Below the pieces are notes generated by a model. It saw only the letters and a list, made by a program, of their open reading frames with translations, was not told where the DNA came from and searched no databases. From contig JBHIBG010000002.1 of NCBI GenBank assembly GCA_046758965.1, positions 1 through 64,000 on the forward strand: DNA of 64,000 nucleotides. Reading direction: 5' to 3'. Made by a program: the position numbers and the translations under genes. Source of the DNA: Candidatus Methylomirabilia bacterium (lineage in GTDB: Bacteria > Methylomirabilota > Methylomirabilia > Rokubacteriales > CSP1-6). Shown here one piece after another: positions 58,399-64,000 of this stretch (position 1 is the first letter of the stretch; the number at the start of each line of letters is the position of its first letter).

Positions 58399-59441
58399 GC
58401 GAAGCCCCGACGCGCTTGAGCCAGCAGGCGGAACCGCGCCCGCCGTACACCAGTCCGGCCGGGCCGGGCGCCGGCCCGCTCGTCGAGGTCAGGGATCTGG
58501 TCAAGCACTACCCGGTTCGGACCGCGACCCTCTTCGGCCGTTGGGGGCTGATCCGGGCCGTGGACGGGGTCAGCCTCAGCATTGCGGAGGGTGAGACCCT
58601 GGGGCTTGTCGGCGAGTCAGGATGCGGGAAGACGACGACCGGACGTTGCATCCTTCAGCTCGAGCGGCCCACCTCTGGAGAGGTCGTCTTCGAGGGCGAG
58701 GCCCTCACGCGGCTGGATCAGGTGTCGCTCAGGAAGGCCCGACGCCGGATGCAGGTCATCTTCCAGGACCCGTACTCCTCGCTCAACCCACGCATGACCG
58801 TCGGCCAGATCATCGCCGAGCCGCTCAAGGTGCATAGGATCATGCCGAACGCTACGGCTCGCGCCGAGCGCGTTGCCGAACTTCTGCACTGCGTCGGGCT
58901 CCTGCCGGGCCAAGCTGACCGTTACCCCCATGAGCTGTCAGGCGGGCAACGCCAGCGCGTGGGGATCGCCCGCGCCCTGGCCATGGAACCCTCCTTCATC
59001 GTCTGCGACGAGCCGGTCTCGGCGCTGGACGTGTCGATCCAGGCCCAGATCATCAACCTGCTCGAGGAGCTCCAGGAGCGCTTTCGCCTGACCTACCTCT
59101 TCGTGGCGCACGACCTGTCCGTGGTCCGGCACATTTCCGACCGGGTCATCGTCATGTACCTGGGGAAGATCGTCGAAGTGGCCGACCGGAAGACCCTGTA
59201 CGAGGATCCCCTGCACCCTTACACCAAGGCCCTCCTCTCCGCGGTCCCGATCCCCGACCCTGCTGTGGAAGCCACCCGCGAGCGCATCGTGGTCAAAGGG
59301 GAGGTGCCGAGTCCCCTCAACCCCCCTTCCGGGTGCGTCTTCCACCCCCGCTGCCCGAGTGCCATCCCTGACTGCCAGCAGGTGGTCCCGGATCTCCGGG
59401 AGGTTCGCCCCAGGCACTGGGCCGCCTGCATCAGGGTTTAG
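58395..59441 (+). CDS. peptide/nickel ABC transporter ATPase (DppF/OppF-like)
   Basis: [37 protein letters not shown] 58395. Confidence 0.95.
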   Translation: MSEAPTRLSQQAEPRPPYTSPAGPGAGPLVEVRDLVKHYPVRTATLFGRWGLIRAVDGVSLSIAEGETLGLVGESGCGKTTTGRCILQLERPTSGEVVFEGEALTRLDQVSLRKARRRMQVIFQDPYSSLNPRMTVGQIIAEPLKVHRIMPNATARAERVAELLHCVGLLPGQADRYPHELSGGQRQRVGIARALAMEPSFIVCDEPVSALDVSIQAQIINLLEELQERFRLTYLFVAHDLSVVRHISDRVIVMYLGKIVEVADRKTLYEDPLHPYTKALLSAVPIPDPAVEATRERIVVKGEVPSPLNPPSGCVFHPRCPSAIPDCQQVVPDLREVRPRHWAACIRV

Positions 59442-59558
59442 GCCGGGAGTTTAAGCCCGCACAGAAGGTCTTGACAGGAGGGCAGGGGGGAGAGTAGGCT
59501 ACCGCCGCCCGATGTGACACGAGGCGCAAAGTCCTGATTTTCCCAAGGAGGTGCTAAG

Positions 59559-61229
59559 ATGCGTACTTCATTGACCTGGCGCGGCGGAGCACTGGCCTCC
59601 GTCCTGGCGCTTGCACTCCTGATGTTCCTGTTTCAGGGGACCGGAGCCGCCGAGACCCCGGTCCGGGGCGGTACGCTGACCTACGTCGTCCCAGCCTCCT
59701 GGCTCCCGAGCTACGACGGGCACTGGGAGACGACCTTTGCGATGATCCACCCGATTCGTCCCTTCTACAGTCTCCTGATCAAGGTGAACCCCCAGAACCC
59801 GGGCGATCCCACCGACTTCGTTGGTGATGTGGCGAAGAGCTGGAGCGTGAGCAACGATGGCCGGGTCTACACCTTCAAGATCCGGAAAGGGATCAAGTTC
59901 CACGACGGGAGCCCCCTGACCTCGCGCGATGTCAAAGCCACCTACGAGAAGATCATCTGGCCACCCGAGGGGGTCCGGAGTGCCCGGAACTTCATGTACA
60001 ACGAGGTTGTGGAGGCGGTCGACGCTCCCGATGACTTTACGGTGGTCTTCCGGCTCAACTTCCCTTCGGCGGCCTTCCTGCCCGCAATGGCCACCCCCTT
60101 CAACTTCATCTACAAGGCCGACATCATCAAAAAGGACCCCCGCTGGTACAAGACCCACATTATGGGGACCGGCGCGTTCAAGCCCGCATCGGGGACCCCC
60201 GAGAAGGGCTTCGCCGACGGCAACTGGAGCGTCAAGGGATCCCATATCGAAGGGGTCAGGAACCCGGACTACTTCACGCCTGGCAGGCCCTACCTCGATG
60301 GCTATCGGGCGATCTTTGCCAAAAAGCAATCCCCTCAAGTCGCCGCGATTCGCGGTGAGCGCGCCATGATCAACTTCCGGGCGCTCCCGCCGAAGACCAT
60401 CGGAGACCTAAAGGCGGCGATGGGCGACAAGATTCGGGTGCAGGAGAGCGCGTGGAACTGCGCGCTCTTCGTCAACCCGAATCACAAGGTCAAGCCCTTT
60501 GATGACCCGCGCGTGAGACGGGCGCTGTCACTGGCACTGGACCGGTACGAGGCATCGAGGTACCTGTCCAAGTTCGCCATCATCAAGCCAGTCGGTGGAG
60601 TGGTGTTCCCCGCGCACCCGCTGGCCGCCACAAAGCAGGAGCTCCAGCAGATCGCCGGATACTGGCCGGACATTAAGAAATCCCGCAAAGAAGCCCGCCG
60701 CCTGCTTCACGAGGCGGGTGTGCCGGACGGGTTCAAGTTTACGTTCCACAACCGTGCGATCGAGCAACCGTACAAGCACATGGGCATCTGGCTCATCGAC
60801 CAGTGGCGGAAGATCGGGCTCAATGTTGAGCACTGGGTGCAACCGACTGGACCCTTCTACAAGACGCTCAGGGGCCGGACCCAGGCGTTCCAGGTCAGCA
60901 TGGATTTCAACTGCCAGTCGGTCGTGAACCCCATTCTCGACGTCGCCAAATTCCTCTCCGAGGACAAGTCCGGCAGTAACCACGCCGAGTATGTCGACCG
61001 GACTCTGGACCACCTCCACGCCAAGATGGTCCGCGAGGGCGATCCGAAGAAGGTACAAGCGATGATGCGAAAGTTCGAGAAGCGGGTGCTCGACGAGCAG
61101 GCCCACTATCTCGTGACGCTCTGGTGGAATCGCACGGTTCCCCATAACGCTCGGCTGAGGGGGTGGAAAGTTGGTCCAAGCCACTATCTGAACCAGCACC
61201 TGGTCGATGTGTGGCTCGCTCCCAAATAG
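59559..61229 (+). CDS. ABC transporter substrate-binding protein, family 5
   Basis: Signal peptide, KFHDGSPLT, GTGAF, DPRVRRA. Confidence 0.93.
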   Translation: MRTSLTWRGGALASVLALALLMFLFQGTGAAETPVRGGTLTYVVPASWLPSYDGHWETTFAMIHPIRPFYSLLIKVNPQNPGDPTDFVGDVAKSWSVSNDGRVYTFKIRKGIKFHDGSPLTSRDVKATYEKIIWPPEGVRSARNFMYNEVVEAVDAPDDFTVVFRLNFPSAAFLPAMATPFNFIYKADIIKKDPRWYKTHIMGTGAFKPASGTPEKGFADGNWSVKGSHIEGVRNPDYFTPGRPYLDGYRAIFAKKQSPQVAAIRGERAMINFRALPPKTIGDLKAAMGDKIRVQESAWNCALFVNPNHKVKPFDDPRVRRALSLALDRYEASRYLSKFAIIKPVGGVVFPAHPLAATKQELQQIAGYWPDIKKSRKEARRLLHEAGVPDGFKFTFHNRAIEQPYKHMGIWLIDQWRKIGLNVEHWVQPTGPFYKTLRGRTQAFQVSMDFNCQSVVNPILDVAKFLSEDKSGSNHAEYVDRTLDHLHAKMVREGDPKKVQAMMRKFEKRVLDEQAHYLVTLWWNRTVPHNARLRGWKVGPSHYLNQHLVDVWLAPK

Positions 61230-61313
61230 CAGGGCACTACCGTCTCCCCCGTTGACCTCTGTCCGGGGGCCCGGTCCGAACGCCGTGTCGGGCCTCCGGG
61301 CAGCTGATCTGCC

Positions 61314-62267
61314 ATGCTTCGGTACTTCCTGAAGCGCGTCCTCCTCATGTTCCCCACGCTGTTTGGCGTGGCCGTGTTCATCTTCGTGCTCATGCGGCTC
61401 CTTCCCGGCGACATTGTGGAAATTCGAATGGCGGGGGAGGGGGCGTTCGTCACTCAGGAGACCATCGATCTCGAGCGAGCGCGGCTCGGGCTGGATCAGC
61501 CGATCTGGAAACAGTTCGTGGACTGGATGTGGGGGATCGTCCACTTCGACCTTGGCCTATCGATGTGGACCGAAAAACCTGTGGCTGCCGAGATCGCATT
61601 GCGCTTCCAGGTCTCGCTCCAGGTGGCCATCATGGCGACGATCGTCGCCATCATCCTTGCTATCCCACTGGGGACGATTGCTGCTCTTCGCCAGGACACC
61701 TGGGTCGACTACGCGGTGCGCATTTTCTCAATCGCCGGCTTGGCAACCCCGTCCTTCTGGCTTGGGATCATGATCATCTTGGGGCTGTTGATCTTCTTCA
61801 AATGGCTCCCGCCCCTGGTCTACACCCCGATCTGGGTGGACCCGTGGGCAAACCTCTCGCAGCTCATCTGGCCCGCGGTGGCAACGGGCTACCGCTACTC
61901 GGCGGTCGCCACGCGCATGACCCGCTCCGCCGTCCTCGAAGTGCTCCGAGAAGACTACATCCGCACCGCGCGCGCCAAGGGGCTCTGGGAGAAATTGATC
62001 CTGACCCGTCATGCCCTCAAGAACGCCATGCTTCCGGTCATTACGGTCATCGGCATCGAGTTCGCCTTCCTGATCGGCGGGCTGGTGGTGACCGAGCAGG
62101 TCTTCAACCTGAACGGCCTGGGCAAACTGTTCGTGTCCGCAGTGGAACAGTTCGACTACACCCTCGTCCAGGGCCTTGTGCTCCTCGTGGCCTTCATCGT
62201 GATCTTCATGAACCTGGTGATCGATATGCTCTACGCCTTCTTCGATCCTCGGATTCGATACGAGTAA
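61314..62267 (+). CDS. peptide ABC transporter permease (DppB-like)
   Basis: PSFWLG, DYIRTARAKGL, HALKNA. Confidence 0.95.
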   Translation: MLRYFLKRVLLMFPTLFGVAVFIFVLMRLLPGDIVEIRMAGEGAFVTQETIDLERARLGLDQPIWKQFVDWMWGIVHFDLGLSMWTEKPVAAEIALRFQVSLQVAIMATIVAIILAIPLGTIAALRQDTWVDYAVRIFSIAGLATPSFWLGIMIILGLLIFFKWLPPLVYTPIWVDPWANLSQLIWPAVATGYRYSAVATRMTRSAVLEVLREDYIRTARAKGLWEKLILTRHALKNAMLPVITVIGIEFAFLIGGLVVTEQVFNLNGLGKLFVSAVEQFDYTLVQGLVLLVAFIVIFMNLVIDMLYAFFDPRIRYE

Positions 62268-62277
62268 GAGGGCGCCA

Positions 62278-63180
62278 TTGGCTGTCGGCCGGCTTCCGGT
62301 TGATGCTGCCGCCACGCTCGAGCGCTCAAAGCTCCGCGACTGGGCGCACGCGGCGCTGCGGTTCGCCCGCCAAAAACCGCTAGGCGCGGCCGGGGCAGCG
62401 ATCGTGATTCTCATGGCCCTGGCCGCGATCCTTGCGGACGTCGTCGCCCCGTACGACCCTCTGGAGACAAACCTCGTCGCGATGTTCACTCCCCCGAACG
62501 CCGGCAACTGGATGGGAACCGATTCCTTCGGACGTGACGTGTTCTCGCGCATCATCTACGGCTCTCGGACCGCGCTGCTCGTCGGCTTCAGCGCGGCCTT
62601 GCTGGGTGCGACCGGCGGGCTGCTCATCGGCGTGGCCAGCGCGTACTTCGGTGGGTACACCGACCTGCTCGTGCAGCGGATCATGGACGTGTTCCTCGCC
62701 TTTCCGCTGGTCATCCTGGCGATGGCCGTGGTGTCGATCCTGGGCACGGGAACCTTCAAGGTCATCCTCGCCATCATCGTGCCGATGGTCCCGCGTGCAG
62801 CGCGCGTGTGCCGCTCCAACGCGCTTGCCATCCGCGAGATCCCTTATGTAGATGCAGCCCGGGCCTGCGGGTTCGGCCATCGCCGGATCATCCTCCGCCA
62901 CATGCTGCCGAATGTGATGGCACCGTATCTCATCATGCTGACAGCCTTTTTGGGCCAGGCCATCCTGCTGGAGGCCGTGCTCTCCTTCCTCGGCCTGGGC
63001 GTGCAGGAACCCACGGCAGCCTGGGGGCTCATGCTCCAGGGCGGCGCCGAAGAGTACGCCGAGAGCGCCCCCTGGTTGGCCATCTTCCCCGGCATGGCCA
63101 TAACCCTTGCCGTCTTCGCCTTCAACCTCTTTGGTGACTCGCTCCGAGACGTCCTCGACCCCAGGCTTCGGACTCAGTAG
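62278..63180 (+). CDS. peptide ABC transporter permease (DppC-like)
   Basis: GTDSFGRD, LSFLGLG, GDSLRDVLDPR. Confidence 0.95.
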   Translation: MAVGRLPVDAAATLERSKLRDWAHAALRFARQKPLGAAGAAIVILMALAAILADVVAPYDPLETNLVAMFTPPNAGNWMGTDSFGRDVFSRIIYGSRTALLVGFSAALLGATGGLLIGVASAYFGGYTDLLVQRIMDVFLAFPLVILAMAVVSILGTGTFKVILAIIVPMVPRAARVCRSNALAIREIPYVDAARACGFGHRRIILRHMLPNVMAPYLIMLTAFLGQAILLEAVLSFLGLGVQEPTAAWGLMLQGGAEEYAESAPWLAIFPGMAITLAVFAFNLFGDSLRDVLDPRLRTQ

Positions 63181-63294
63181 TCCGCGTCCTCTGTTTGACA
63201 ACCGTCCCCGCTTTGCGCTACAAATAAAGAGGTCTGAGTGCGAGTCAAACCCGGACCAGCTTTCGCTGGCCCGATAAGCTGAGGGGGGGGAGCG

Positions 63295-63561
<267 letters not shown>

Positions 63562-63732
63562 CCGCCCGCGTATACGCGTGGGGCGCCGCGCCTCGGCGCT
63601 TCCTCCTTCTGCACCTGACGGAGCCAACTGGCTCCTTTCTTCTGCACACCGGCTCGTGCGACCTGCACGGCCGGCTGTGCAGTCCTGGTCCCTCCCGCCT
63701 TCCATCCCCACGATTTTCCGCCTCTCGCCCGC

Positions 63733-63747
63733 TGGCACGCCCATTGC
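63733..63747 (+). promoter_or_regulatory. sigma-54 (-24/-12) promoter
   Basis: TGGCAC-GCCCA-TTGC with exact consensus spacing, 25 nt before ATG 63773. Confidence 0.75.
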
Positions 63748-63772
63748 CGCTACCAGAGACCGGAGGGGCGCC

Positions 63773-64000
63773 ATGGAAGGGATCGAGGGATCTTGCGGGT
63801 TTCACGATGCCGTCGTCGCGTTCAAGCGGCGCCTGATCGAGATCACCCTGCGACAGCTCGGGGGGAACCGAAGCCGGGCCGCCCGCGCCCTCGGCCTCCA
63901 ACGGACCTACCTGCTGCGCCTGATCCGCGATCTTCAGGTCGCCGCCCCACCCCCACCGGAACGCCCCGCGGGGCGGCGCCCATTGCCGCAGTCGCTCCGT
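63773..64000 (+). CDS. Fis-type HTH protein, 3' partial
   Basis: GGAGG SD; FKRRLIEITLRQLGGNRSRAARALGLQRTYLLRLIR; no stop before the window end, so missing from the ORF track. Confidence 0.8.
   Translation, partial: MEGIEGSCGFHDAVVAFKRRLIEITLRQLGGNRSRAARALGLQRTYLLRLIRDLQVAAPPPPERPAGRRPLPQSLR

Overview
This is a GC-rich bacterial chromosomal window, gene-dense and mostly housekeeping. It carries an NtrC-type two-component system with aroK, a split B12 methionine-synthase-like cluster, the yceD-rpmF-plsX-fabD-fabG-acpP-fabF-rnc operon, htpX, a complete ccmA-I system, a DtxR regulator facing an Fe(III) ABC transporter, a three-gene transhydrogenase, a cyclase/AAA/TPR protein, catabolic and glycosyltransferase genes, a PhnA-like hydrolase with a peptide-type ABC transporter, and a ferredoxin. 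Gene content resembles Rokubacteria/Methylomirabilota, but that is an unverified impression. Most notable: (1) a defence island at 13.7-19.3 kb in which a Type III-like restriction helicase/nuclease is fused in frame to a minimal nucleotidyltransferase (MNT), followed by a HEPN gene and a methyltransferase with a low-GC specificity region; (2) a hidden selenoprotein (in-frame UGA in a UxxC motif plus a SECIS-like hairpin) that the ORF track splits in two; (3) an RNase III with degenerate catalytic residues and no dsRBD; (4) pseudogene remnants and a family of intergenic hairpin repeats. I saw no tRNA, rRNA, CRISPR array or transposase. All family assignments come from motif recognition by eye; no database search was run.
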